A DNA stretch of 64,000 bases from positions 29,237 to 93,236 of the forward strand of contig WJMK01000039.1 in the NCBI GenBank assembly GCA_014727975.1, read 5' to 3'. The translations under genes and the position numbers were made by a program. Positions 1-8,799 of this stretch are shown here, piece by piece. This DNA comes from Candidatus Micrarchaeota archaeon. GTDB lineage: Archaea; Micrarchaeota; Micrarchaeia; Anstonellales; Bilamarchaeaceae. The notes under the pieces were generated by a model. That model was given only the letters and a program-made list of their open reading frames with translations, did not search any database and was not told where the DNA came from. Each line of letters starts with the position of its first letter. The first letter of the stretch is position 1.

Positions 1-247
1 CTTCCTTAATGGTTTTGAGCTGGGAAGTGAATTCCCCTTCCACCTGCTTTATTGCAAACTCAAGGTGCTCCATGGACGGGGAAGAGGCGATAGAATAAGC
101 GCGCTTGGTGCCGGAGGGTGAAGTAAGCAGCATAAACTGACCTGGAGAATACTGGATGGGTTCCCCTGATTCCGGGTCAAGCTCCAGCTTTACGATATCT
201 TCCGCAATCTCGCTGATTGATTTTACAATGTAAGTCTTGGATTCCAT
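1..247 (-). CDS. FAD-binding ferredoxin-NADP reductase-like oxidoreductase (5' part only, runs off the window edge)
   Basis: Translated by hand (not in ORF track): MESKTYIVKSISEIAEDIVKLEL...YSPGQF...KRAYSIASSP...EFAIKQVEGEFTSQL; PGQF and RxYS FAD-binding motifs. Confidence 0.85.
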   Translation of the reverse strand, partial: MESKTYIVKSISEIAEDIVKLELDPESGEPIQYSPGQFMLLTSPSGTKRAYSIASSPSMEHLEFAIKQVEGEFTSQLKTIKE

Positions 248-249
248 AT

Positions 250-942
250 TCAATCCCACGGCTCGGTGCTTATTCTCTTCTTTGGAATCTTCAGTTCCTC
301 CAGAATTGCAAGCATCCTGTTCACAAAAGTTGAGGGGCCGCAAATATAATATTCCTTCTTCCTTGGAGAGGGGACAAAATCTTCAAGCATCTCTGCGGTT
401 ATCGGACCGATTTTTCCTGGCCATTCCATGGGCCGCTCGTTCAGGAGCGTCATCAGGAGGTTTACCTGCTTGTGCTTGTCAAATTCAAGCAGCCGCTCTT
501 CGTTCAGGATTTCCTTCCGGTCCATATTTTCATAGAGAAGGTAGATATTCAGCTTCTTCCTTTTTTCAATGAGTGATTTGCCTATTGAAGAAAGAGGAAT
601 TAGGCCAAGCCCCCTGCAAAGCAGGACTGAATGGTCGGGCTTCTTGGAAATTGTAAAATCCCCGTATGGCCCTTCAATATAAATCTTGGAGCCTTTCTTC
701 TTTTTTGAGAGCTTTTCCTTGAACAGGGTTGAAGTATTGAACATAAATTGGAGGCCTTTTTCTTCAGGTGCGGAAAAAAACGAGAATGGCTCGAACTCAT
801 TGGATTTCCCATCAAGGTAGAGCTTTACGAACTGCCCGGGCTTGAACTTGAAACGGGTCGGGCGCTTTGCTGTGAGAAGATAGAAATTCCCTTCCTGCTC
901 CAGTGAAGAAACAGTGCACGCAACAGGCTTCTTTTTCTTCAT
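250..942 (-). CDS. FNR-like FAD/NAD(P)-binding oxidoreductase, motifs partly degenerate
   Basis: FKPGQF, EGPYGDF, GLGLIP, YICGP and terminal E-x-W; the RxYS motif reads EPFS. Confidence 0.8.
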   Translation of the reverse strand: MKKKKPVACTVSSLEQEGNFYLLTAKRPTRFKFKPGQFVKLYLDGKSNEFEPFSFFSAPEEKGLQFMFNTSTLFKEKLSKKKKGSKIYIEGPYGDFTISKKPDHSVLLCRGLGLIPLSSIGKSLIEKRKKLNIYLLYENMDRKEILNEERLLEFDKHKQVNLLMTLLNERPMEWPGKIGPITAEMLEDFVPSPRKKEYYICGPSTFVNRMLAILEELKIPKKRISTEPWD

Positions 943-1001
943 ATCCCCGTATCAAAAAAGAAGGTTATAAATGTTTCGCTGGAACTCCATACGGGAGCCC
1001 T

Positions 1002-2477
1002 ATGGCAAAAAGAAAGATGCCCAGATGCATGAGCACGCAGCACCCGGACAATGCAACTACCCCTTTTTTCAGCCAGGGGCAGGTGATGGGAGGAGAGGAC
1101 GAAATCAAGGAAGCATTTTATGCATATTCTACCCTGGGCTGCACTGAACAGATGTGGGATTCCGAAGGAAAGGAAGTGGACAATTATGTTGTGAAAAAGC
1201 TCCTGAATAATTATGGCTATTATTTTGCAAAGAATAAGCTTGGAAAGGACCTGTTTTTGACCGTGCGTGTGCCTAATCCTGAAGTGGAGAAGACTGAGGG
1301 GAAGATTTTGCTTGAGGCCCTGGATGCGATTCCGCGCAATTTTGATGCAGCGGGCGCATTCTACGGGGAGGAGGTTGCACCCATCTTTGAAGTTATTTTG
1401 CCTATGGCTACGAGCACGGTTTCGCTGGAAAGGGTGCGGAACTACTACGACAAGTTTGTGGTTGGCAAAGCAGGAGAGAAATTATCCCCTAAGGATATTA
1501 CGCTGGAAAAGTGGATTGGGAAGTTTGGGCCCAAGGAAATAAACGTGATTCCGCTTGTGGAGGATTTGGATTCAATGGAAAGGATTGGGGGGATTGTAGG
1601 GGACTTTGTGCATGGGAGGAAGCAGGAATACCAGCGTGTGTTCCTGGCGCGCAGTGACCCTGCGCTTAATTATGGTTCTGCTGCATCCGTTCTGATAATA
1701 AAAAATGCATTGCAGCAATTGCATACTGTGGAGGAAAAAGAATCCATGGAAATTTACCCGATTCTTGGGGCGGGGAGTGCGCCTTTCCGCGGGAACCTGC
1801 GCCCGGACAATATCCACACCTTCTTGAGCGCATACCCGAGCATGCAAACCTACTCCATCCAGTCCGCATTCAAGTATGATAACTCCCCTGGGGAAGTGAT
1901 GAAGGGTGTGGAAGAGCTCAATTCCACAAAGAAGGGAAAGCCTGTGGAGGTGGATGAAAAGAGGAGTTCGGAGATTGCAGCAAAAATTTCCAGGGAATAC
2001 AGGTCGCAGCTTACTGTGCTTGCGCCCCTGATTAATACTGTTGCTAAATTTACCCCAAACAGGAGGAAGAGGAAGTTGCATGTTGGGCTCTTTGGATACT
2101 CCAGGAAAACGAGTGGAGGGGTTAAGCTGCCGCGCGCCATACGGTTCTGCTGCTCGCTTTACTCTGCGGGAATTCCCCCGGAGATGCTGGGGCTAAATGC
2201 ACTGGATGAGAAAGATTTGGAGTATATGCGGGACGTGTATGCAGGGTTTGATTCGGACCTGAAAGATTCGCTACGCTATTTGAATGAGGACAACCTGGCA
2301 AAATTCCCTGCGCTTTACAAAAAGCTGAAGCCTGTGCTTGGGCTTGTGGACTATGAAGTGGACAGGGAGCACAGGAGATGGAGCAAGCACATTCTGAGGA
2401 AGGTGCATGACAAGCACCCCGGGCCGATTGAAGAAGAAGTCCTGGAAGCGGCAATGAGGAGGAAGTTCCTAGGATAA
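1002..2477 (+). CDS. ppcA: Archaeal-type phosphoenolpyruvate carboxylase
   Basis: PRCMSTQHPDN, MWDSEGK, FLARSDPALNYG, GSAPFRG, LPRAI signatures; start placed at the ATG downstream of TATA (ttataaat, about 965-972). Confidence 0.95.
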   Translation: MAKRKMPRCMSTQHPDNATTPFFSQGQVMGGEDEIKEAFYAYSTLGCTEQMWDSEGKEVDNYVVKKLLNNYGYYFAKNKLGKDLFLTVRVPNPEVEKTEGKILLEALDAIPRNFDAAGAFYGEEVAPIFEVILPMATSTVSLERVRNYYDKFVVGKAGEKLSPKDITLEKWIGKFGPKEINVIPLVEDLDSMERIGGIVGDFVHGRKQEYQRVFLARSDPALNYGSAASVLIIKNALQQLHTVEEKESMEIYPILGAGSAPFRGNLRPDNIHTFLSAYPSMQTYSIQSAFKYDNSPGEVMKGVEELNSTKKGKPVEVDEKRSSEIAAKISREYRSQLTVLAPLINTVAKFTPNRRKRKLHVGLFGYSRKTSGGVKLPRAIRFCCSLYSAGIPPEMLGLNALDEKDLEYMRDVYAGFDSDLKDSLRYLNEDNLAKFPALYKKLKPVLGLVDYEVDREHRRWSKHILRKVHDKHPGPIEEEVLEAAMRRKFLG

Positions 2478-3773
2478 TATTTCTGCCGCCTGAAGCGCGA
2501 GTATTGCAAATGGCACTATGTATTTTACCATTAAGTAGACAGGCGTTACTAGCGGTTCCGGGATGTTTTCCTTGAGCGCTTTTTTGCAGCCTTTCCAGCC
2601 CCAGGTAAATGCTACTAATGATGCAACCACTATGAGAGGGGCGAACCTTCCGATTATGTGTGCATCCATGAATTCAAGGAACGGGACTCCGTCCAGAACG
2701 AAATCTGAAGCAAGGGGGCTGTAGCTCAGCGCTGATGGAATGAAGAATATTAACAGGAGGAAAAGCATTGCCCATCCTGCCCTTGCGCGGGAACCCATCT
2801 TACTCCTTAGATTGTCTACAAGCACTTCGGAAAGAGACACTGCTGAAGTAGTCGCGGCGCTGAACAGGAGCAGGAAGAACAAGAACATTGTTACTGCCCC
2901 GAAGGGCAGGGAAAGAAAAGCAAGCGGGAGGGATTCAAATGCAAGTTCTGCTCCCGAGGTTGTGGGTATTGCAAAAGTGAATGTAACGGTGAAAACAACT
3001 ATTGCGCCGATTATTGCGATTATGCTGTCTGCTGCTGCAATTGCAAGGGAGGAATGGAAAATTTCCTCCTTCTTTTTCAGGTAGCTCCCAAAAGTGAGCA
3101 TCACCACCATGCCTACGGAAATGGAAAAGATTGCCTGGGTGATCGCATTGAGGATATTTATGGGGGAGAAGAGCACATCTGTGTTGACTGTTGTCAGGTA
3201 AGAGATTGCATCGTTTATTCCGGGGAGGGTAAAGGAGTTTAGGAATATTAGGAGGAGAGATGCGAAAAACACCGGGAAAAGGTAAACGTTTATTTTTTCC
3301 AATCCGGATTTGATGTCTGTGCGCGCAACTATCCACACCATGAGCAGGGAGATTGCCCCTCCCATCGGGAGGGCCCAATCCCCCACTGCGGTTTCAAACG
3401 GGATGTATTCTCCTCCCAAGGAAGTGAATGTGTAGAAGAGGGTCCAGCCCATTACCACAAGGTAGTATGAAAGGACGAGAAGGCACAGGCCCAGGGGGAA
3501 TGCAACGAGCCACCATTTTTTCCCGAGCATTTCCCTGAATGCCCTTACTGCGGAAGTATGGAGCTTCTTTCCTACTGTCAATTCTACTAAAAGTGCAGGG
3601 AGGCCAACCAGGAGAACTGCAAGAACATATAGGAGGACGAAGGAGCCTCCGCCATGCAGGCCTGTGATATATGAGAATCTCCAGATGTTTCCTAATCCTA
3701 CTGCGGAGCCGATGCATGCAATTATGAATATGCTGTGGGAAGACCAGCTTTCCCGCTCCGCAATTCTTTGCAT
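2469..3773 (-). CDS. Sodium-dependent transporter, NSS (LeuT-like) family
   Basis: RESW...GSAVGLGNIWRF...GGGSF motif and about 11-12 hydrophobic segments. Confidence 0.95.
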   Translation of the reverse strand: MQRIAERESWSSHSIFIIACIGSAVGLGNIWRFSYITGLHGGGSFVLLYVLAVLLVGLPALLVELTVGKKLHTSAVRAFREMLGKKWWLVAFPLGLCLLVLSYYLVVMGWTLFYTFTSLGGEYIPFETAVGDWALPMGGAISLLMVWIVARTDIKSGLEKINVYLFPVFFASLLLIFLNSFTLPGINDAISYLTTVNTDVLFSPINILNAITQAIFSISVGMVVMLTFGSYLKKKEEIFHSSLAIAAADSIIAIIGAIVVFTVTFTFAIPTTSGAELAFESLPLAFLSLPFGAVTMFLFFLLLFSAATTSAVSLSEVLVDNLRSKMGSRARAGWAMLFLLLIFFIPSALSYSPLASDFVLDGVPFLEFMDAHIIGRFAPLIVVASLVAFTWGWKGCKKALKENIPEPLVTPVYLMVKYIVPFAILALQAAEILS

Positions 3774-3872
3774 GGGGAGAATTCAGGGAATAAGAATAAA
3801 AAGGATGTTCCAAACTTAAGGAATTTTGCAGTAAGAATATAGTAATAAAAATTGTTGCGGAGAGTTGCCTGC

Positions 3873-4916
3873 ATGAAGGAGGCAATGCTGTATACGAAAG
3901 GGGAAAAGGGGGAAGTGCAGTGCTACTTGTGCAGGAGGATGTGCAGGATCAAGCCAGGGGAGAAGGGATACTGCCATGTGCGGGAGAACCGGGACGGGAC
4001 ATTGTATTCTCTTGCTTATGGGAAAGCTGTTGCAGTAAATGTGGACCCGATTGAGAAGAAGCCGTTTTACCATTTCATGCCTGGGGCGGATTGCTTTTCA
4101 TTTTCTACTGTTGGCTGTAATTACCGCTGCAAATTCTGCCAGAACTGGGAGATAAGCCAAGCATATGGGGGGATTGTGGGGGAAGATTGGCCTCCTGAGA
4201 AGATTGTAGAGTACACGCACAAGAACAATATTCCTGGAATTGCATATACGTATACTGAGCCTACTGTGTTCATGGAATATGCACTGGATACTGCAAAATT
4301 GGCACATAAGAAAGAAGTATTCAACGTATTTGTAACCAATGGGTATGAAAGTGATGCTGCAATTTCTGAGATGAACGGCCGGATTGATGCGAGCAGGATT
4401 GATTTGAAGGGATTTCATGATAAAGTTTACAAGGAGCTCTGCGGGGAAGTGGAGCTTGAGGGGGTTCTTGCAAGTATAAAAGGGCTATATAAAATTGGGC
4501 ATATTGAGATAATAAATTTGATAATTCCTGGCTGGAATGATGATGAAGATGATTTGAGAGCGCTTTCCAAGTGGTGCGCGGAACTGGACCCGAATGTGCC
4601 TGTGCATTTTATTGGATTCTATCCTGCAAACAAGATGAAGGATGTGCCAAGCACTAAACTGGATACTCTGCTTAAGGCGCGGGAGATTGCGATGGATGAG
4701 GGGATTAAATTTGCATACTCCGGGAACAGGATGGATGAAAAGAGCGAGAGCACCTACTGCCCAAAATGCGGGGAAAATGTTGTGCGCAGGAGCGGGTTTA
4801 CTGTGCTGGAGAACAGGGTTGAGGGATACAACAGGTGCCCGGAGTGCGGGGAAGAGCTTTATTTTGTGAATGATATTAAGGAATACTGGAAAAGGAATGG
4901 GAAACGGGACGATTAA
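3873..4916 (+). CDS. amrS: AmmeMemoRadiSam-system radical SAM enzyme
   Basis: N-terminal CxLCxxxC...GxCxVR, DPIEKKPFYHF, radical SAM CNYRCKFC(QNW), YTYTEP, C-terminal CPxCG. Confidence 0.92.
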   Translation: MKEAMLYTKGEKGEVQCYLCRRMCRIKPGEKGYCHVRENRDGTLYSLAYGKAVAVNVDPIEKKPFYHFMPGADCFSFSTVGCNYRCKFCQNWEISQAYGGIVGEDWPPEKIVEYTHKNNIPGIAYTYTEPTVFMEYALDTAKLAHKKEVFNVFVTNGYESDAAISEMNGRIDASRIDLKGFHDKVYKELCGEVELEGVLASIKGLYKIGHIEIINLIIPGWNDDEDDLRALSKWCAELDPNVPVHFIGFYPANKMKDVPSTKLDTLLKAREIAMDEGIKFAYSGNRMDEKSESTYCPKCGENVVRRSGFTVLENRVEGYNRCPECGEELYFVNDIKEYWKRNGKRDD

Positions 4917-5692
4917 AGAGGGGCTTCGAGTATTGCGCCCATTGGGTGTGTAGGCGGGATAAGGGCAGAGATGCGGATGCTCTTGTGGTCATTCGGCGCG
5001 AGCGTGCAAAGCACGGGCCCCACCCATTCGGAAGAAGAATGGCCGAATACGAATATTGTAATGTCCGGGGGAGTTTCTTCTTTTGCAAGGTCTGTTCCCT
5101 TGTCCAGTACGGAAAGGTCAAATTTTCCTGGCTGCTCAGGAATCCACACAGGGCGCGAATTTGCCTTGGGGAGGTAGTGCATGTCTTTTTCATCTCTCTG
5201 GTATTCCCATGTTCCTGGCTCATAAATAAGGGAAATGCCTGATGCATTCTCCAGGTCCCTGGGCACATGGAAAACACTGCGGCCCTTGTGCATGTGGCCC
5301 GGGCCCATAACTACCTCGCTGCCGAATTTCCTCTTTGCCTGGCTTACCAGGAGGCCTCCTGTCCAGAATGCAAAGGTTTCCAGTGTGCATGCAGATTTGA
5401 GGTCTACGCCTTCCAGGAGCATTTCAAGCCCTGGGCTGGAAATGATAGCCCCTTCGGGACTTTCTTTTCTCTCAGTGTAAGCATCTGGGTTGGAGAGGGC
5501 ATGGATCAATCGGACCCCTGTGCGTATGGAAATGATGCCTGCATTCTTCTCCTCTGCTTTCCTGTGGGCTGAAAAAAAGGACATCCTTCCGCCTCCCGAG
5601 GAAGTGTATTTTGCAATCCTTATTAGCTTCACTCTTCTTGCGGGGGAGCGCACCTCACCAACTAGCTGAAGCTTTTGGGCAGTGGAATTCAT
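4913..5692 (-). CDS. Hypothetical protein, possibly C-type-lectin-like fold
   Basis: 259-aa ORF filling the amrS-cdc6 gap, GGTGA RBS upstream; see findings. Confidence 0.6.
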   Translation of the reverse strand: MNSTAQKLQLVGEVRSPARRVKLIRIAKYTSSGGGRMSFFSAHRKAEEKNAGIISIRTGVRLIHALSNPDAYTERKESPEGAIISSPGLEMLLEGVDLKSACTLETFAFWTGGLLVSQAKRKFGSEVVMGPGHMHKGRSVFHVPRDLENASGISLIYEPGTWEYQRDEKDMHYLPKANSRPVWIPEQPGKFDLSVLDKGTDLAKEETPPDITIFVFGHSSSEWVGPVLCTLAPNDHKSIRISALIPPTHPMGAILEAPL

Positions 5693-5771
5693 TTGTACTC
5701 ACCACACATACTGGCCAAGGGGCATTCTGCACTAATCCTTATTAATTTAACATGGGATATCTGGCTGCAGA

Positions 5772-6854
5772 ATGGTGAAATGGATGGGAAACGTATTCAG
5801 GCAGCTTGGGGAAGGAGGGAGGATATTCAAGAACGAGCAGGCTTTTGCGCCAGAGTATATTCCTGAAGAGATTGTGAAGCGGGAGAGCGAAATAAAGGAG
5901 CTTGCGTTTGCTCTGCGCCCGATTTCTGAGAACCGGAGGCCGCAGAGCATAGTTATTTATGGGGCCCCTGGCACTGGCAAGACCTGTAGTGTGAAGCATG
6001 TGCTCGGGCAGCTTTCGGATTACACCTCAAGGTGTTTTTCGGTTTATTTGAATTGCTGGAATTACCCGAGCAGGTTTTCGATTCTGAGCAAGATTGCAGA
6101 AGAGCTGGAAATCTTTATTCCGAGAAGGGGGGTTGCGGTGGATGAAGTTTGGGCTGAGCTTGTGGGCGTGCTCAAGCAAACCAAGAAGGTTCCGGTTATT
6201 GTGCTGGATGAGGCAGATGTGGTTGCTGGGGAGGAGCAGGGAATATTCTATGATTTGTTGCGGATGAAGGAAAATGAGGGGATAGATGTGGGAGTGATTG
6301 CTATTACTAACCGCGGGGACGTGCTTTCCCAGCTGGATGACCGCGTGCGGAGCTCGCTTTTGCAGTCATTTATGGAGTTCAAGAGGTATACTCCTGCGGA
6401 GCTGAAGGAGATTGTGCGGGAGCGGGCGCGCATTGGGCTTTTCCCTGGGGCATATAATGAGGAAGTGGTTGGGATGTGCTCCGGGTTTGGGGCAAAAAAT
6501 GGGGGAGATGCAAGGATTGCGCTTAACCTGCTTTGGCTTGCGGGGAGGAATGCAGAAAAGGATGCGCGAGATGAGATTACGCTGGAGGATGTGGAGGCGG
6601 TAAAAGGGAATGTGCTTGGGAGCTTAAAGAAGGAGAAGATTGAGAGCCTGGATGAGCTGGACAAGCAGGTTGTGGAGCTTATTAAGGAAGCGGGGGAATC
6701 CGGGATAAAGAGCGGGGACATTTACTCCAAAGTTGGGAAAAATGAGAGGACTGTGAGGATGCGGCTGGGGAAATTGGAGAGCATGGGGCTCGTGGAGGCT
6801 GTATTTTCGGAAGGGGGAGCAGGAAGGACACGGGTTTTCAAGATACGGAAATAA
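5772..6854 (+). CDS. cdc6: Orc1/Cdc6 family replication initiator
   Basis: YIPEEIVKRE, Walker A GAPGTGKT, Walker B IVLDEAD, RVRSSL, GDARIAL, C-terminal winged helix. Confidence 0.92.
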   Translation: MVKWMGNVFRQLGEGGRIFKNEQAFAPEYIPEEIVKRESEIKELAFALRPISENRRPQSIVIYGAPGTGKTCSVKHVLGQLSDYTSRCFSVYLNCWNYPSRFSILSKIAEELEIFIPRRGVAVDEVWAELVGVLKQTKKVPVIVLDEADVVAGEEQGIFYDLLRMKENEGIDVGVIAITNRGDVLSQLDDRVRSSLLQSFMEFKRYTPAELKEIVRERARIGLFPGAYNEEVVGMCSGFGAKNGGDARIALNLLWLAGRNAEKDARDEITLEDVEAVKGNVLGSLKKEKIESLDELDKQVVELIKEAGESGIKSGDIYSKVGKNERTVRMRLGKLESMGLVEAVFSEGGAGRTRVFKIRK

Positions 6855-6864
6855 GGATAGCTGC

Positions 6865-7770
6865 TCATTGCCGCACATAATTGAGCAGTTCCGGAAGTAT
6901 AGTCCGGAACTCCATTTCTGAATAGTCTGCAAACCACGCGCCTAGTATGAAGTATTTTATGAAAAAGTAAAAAATCCAGAAAAAGGCAAATGCAAGCAGG
7001 ATTTTGAAAACGGTTTTTGCATTCTTTGGGGTGGGGCGGAAAGCGAGCCAGATGGAAAGAATCCCGCCCAGGGCAATTCCTGCAGAAAGGAGGTAGGAGT
7101 AGCCCCAGCTCAGGACGAAATTTACGAGGCAGATTAGCACTACTAGGAGGGCGGGGGCGCGGGGCCCATACCCCACTGCAAAAGTAGTGATGCCTGCTTT
7201 CTTGTCTTCCTTGTAGTCCATTATTGTGGCAATTGAGTGGATTGCGGAAAATCCTGCAGAAACAACAAAAAGTTCAGCGTATGGGAAAAACTCCCCTGAA
7301 AGGGTATATGCGAACATGAAGGGGCCGACTCCGTAGCCGCCGCTGAGGAAAGAATCCCAGAAGGGGCGGGCCTTGAAGCGGAAGGGGGGCGCGGAATACA
7401 TGTAGGGAACCGCAATCATCAGGAAGGAAAAGGCGAAGTGCAGGGGCTGGAAGGAAAGCGCGGAAACAAGTATTATTGCAAGGGAAAAAAGCATGATGAG
7501 GGATTTTACCCAGGGGATGTCTCTCTTTTCCAGCCGGGCGCCCCAGAGCCCGCCCTTCCTGGGGCTGCTTTTGTCCACCTCAATATCAAAGAGGTCGTTG
7601 AGCCCGTAAATAATGAATGCGAAGGGGAAGGTAAGGAGGAGCATTTCGGCTGTTTCCAGGGGGCCGCGGGGAATTCCTGCCATGAACAGGCCTGCAAGGT
7701 AAACAAGCATGGGCCCGAGCCAGAAAACCGGGCGGCTTATGGAGATTGCCTTCTTGAGCTTTTCAAGCAC
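6865..7770 (-). CDS. UbiA-family prenyltransferase, CrtEb/LyeJ (lycopene elongase)-like
   Basis: SRPVFW, YGLNDLFDIEVDKSSPRKGG, YSAPPFRFKARPFWDS, DYKEDKKAGITT; GTG start overlaps the upstream stop (TAGTG) with a GGAGG RBS. Confidence 0.85.
   Translation of the reverse strand: MLEKLKKAISISRPVFWLGPMLVYLAGLFMAGIPRGPLETAEMLLLTFPFAFIIYGLNDLFDIEVDKSSPRKGGLWGARLEKRDIPWVKSLIMLFSLAIILVSALSFQPLHFAFSFLMIAVPYMYSAPPFRFKARPFWDSFLSGGYGVGPFMFAYTLSGEFFPYAELFVVSAGFSAIHSIATIMDYKEDKKAGITTFAVGYGPRAPALLVVLICLVNFVLSWGYSYLLSAGIALGGILSIWLAFRPTPKNAKTVFKILLAFAFFWIFYFFIKYFILGAWFADYSEMEFRTILPELLNYVRQ
7014..7036. repeat. 23-bp exact direct repeat, copy 1 (TTTTTGCATTCTTTGGGGTGGGG), inside the UbiA gene
   Basis: Identical to 13127-13149. 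Confidence 0.9.
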
Positions 7771-8753
7771 TACTTTTCCCTCCGTATAATGTAATCGGAA
7801 ACTTCGGAAAAGAGCCTGCACTTATCCTCCGGGAGAGCGGAAAGGTGGGATTTTGCTTCGGAAAGCAGGCGCTCGCAAACCGAGTTTGCGTAGTTTATTG
7901 CACCGTGCTCTTTTGCAAGGGAGATTGCGCGGGAAACATCCTCCTGGGTTTTTTCAGGCTTCTTTAGGATTGAAAGGAGCTCCTGCTTTTCCTTTTCGGG
8001 AAGTGTGGAAAGCAGCCTTATGGTGATCAGAGTTCGCTTGCTTTCCTTTATGTCTTCCCCAATCTCTTTTGTATATTCAGACGGGTTGGAAGTAAGGTTA
8101 AGTATGTCGTCCTTAATCTGGAAGGCAAGGCCCATCTTGTTCCCGAATTGCTGGAGGGAAAGCTGGGTGCTTTCCGGGGCATCTGCGGAAAAGGCGCCCA
8201 TCCTGCAGGCAAGGCCAATCAGCGCGCCTGTTTTCCCTGAAGCCATCTCCAGGTATTCCTCCTCTGAAATATCGAATTTCCCTGTGCGCTGCCAGTAGAG
8301 TTCGGTTCCCTGCCCTTCAACAACAGAAGAAAAACCATCCATCATTATGCGCAGGGCACTGAGCTTTTTTTCAGGGAGGGTTTTGCTGGAAAGTAGTATG
8401 GACCACATCACACGGTAGAGCGCATCACCCGCATTTACTGCAGTTGGAATTCCATGCTCAGAATTGATGGTGGGTTTGCCCCTGCGCAGGGAAGAATTAT
8501 CTTCCACATCATCATGAATAAGCGTAAAATTGTGGAAAAGTTCTATTGCAACTGCATAGTCCATTGCATCGGATTCTGTGCGGCCCGCCGCCTCTGCGCA
8601 TGCAAGAACAATTATGGGGCGGATGCGCTTTCCCCCGCGGAAAATGAACTCGCGAAGCATTCCATAAACATACGAGGGGTCCTGTGGGATGCTGTCGCTC
8701 AGTGCCTGGTCGATTTTCTTTTGCCTGGACTCGAGATATTCTTTTGCATCCAT
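7770..8753 (-). CDS. idsA: Polyprenyl diphosphate synthase (GGPP synthase-like)
   Basis: GGKRIRP, FHNFTLIHDDVED...RRG (FARM), GQ, KTG, AFQIKDD (SARM). Confidence 0.92.
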   Translation of the reverse strand: MDAKEYLESRQKKIDQALSDSIPQDPSYVYGMLREFIFRGGKRIRPIIVLACAEAAGRTESDAMDYAVAIELFHNFTLIHDDVEDNSSLRRGKPTINSEHGIPTAVNAGDALYRVMWSILLSSKTLPEKKLSALRIMMDGFSSVVEGQGTELYWQRTGKFDISEEEYLEMASGKTGALIGLACRMGAFSADAPESTQLSLQQFGNKMGLAFQIKDDILNLTSNPSEYTKEIGEDIKESKRTLITIRLLSTLPEKEKQELLSILKKPEKTQEDVSRAISLAKEHGAINYANSVCERLLSEAKSHLSALPEDKCRLFSEVSDYIIRREK

Positions 8754-8799
8754 TGGCTCACATTCTCAGGGACAAAAAAGGGAGGCCCTGTCCTCCCTG

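Noticed and set aside
3873..4916. AmmeMemoRadiSam enzyme without its A/B partners
   Set aside because: Partners are often unlinked in archaea; absence from one window is uninformative.
5693..5771. Replication origin next to cdc6
   Set aside because: Only about 80 bp, occupied by divergent promoters; no ORB repeats seen.
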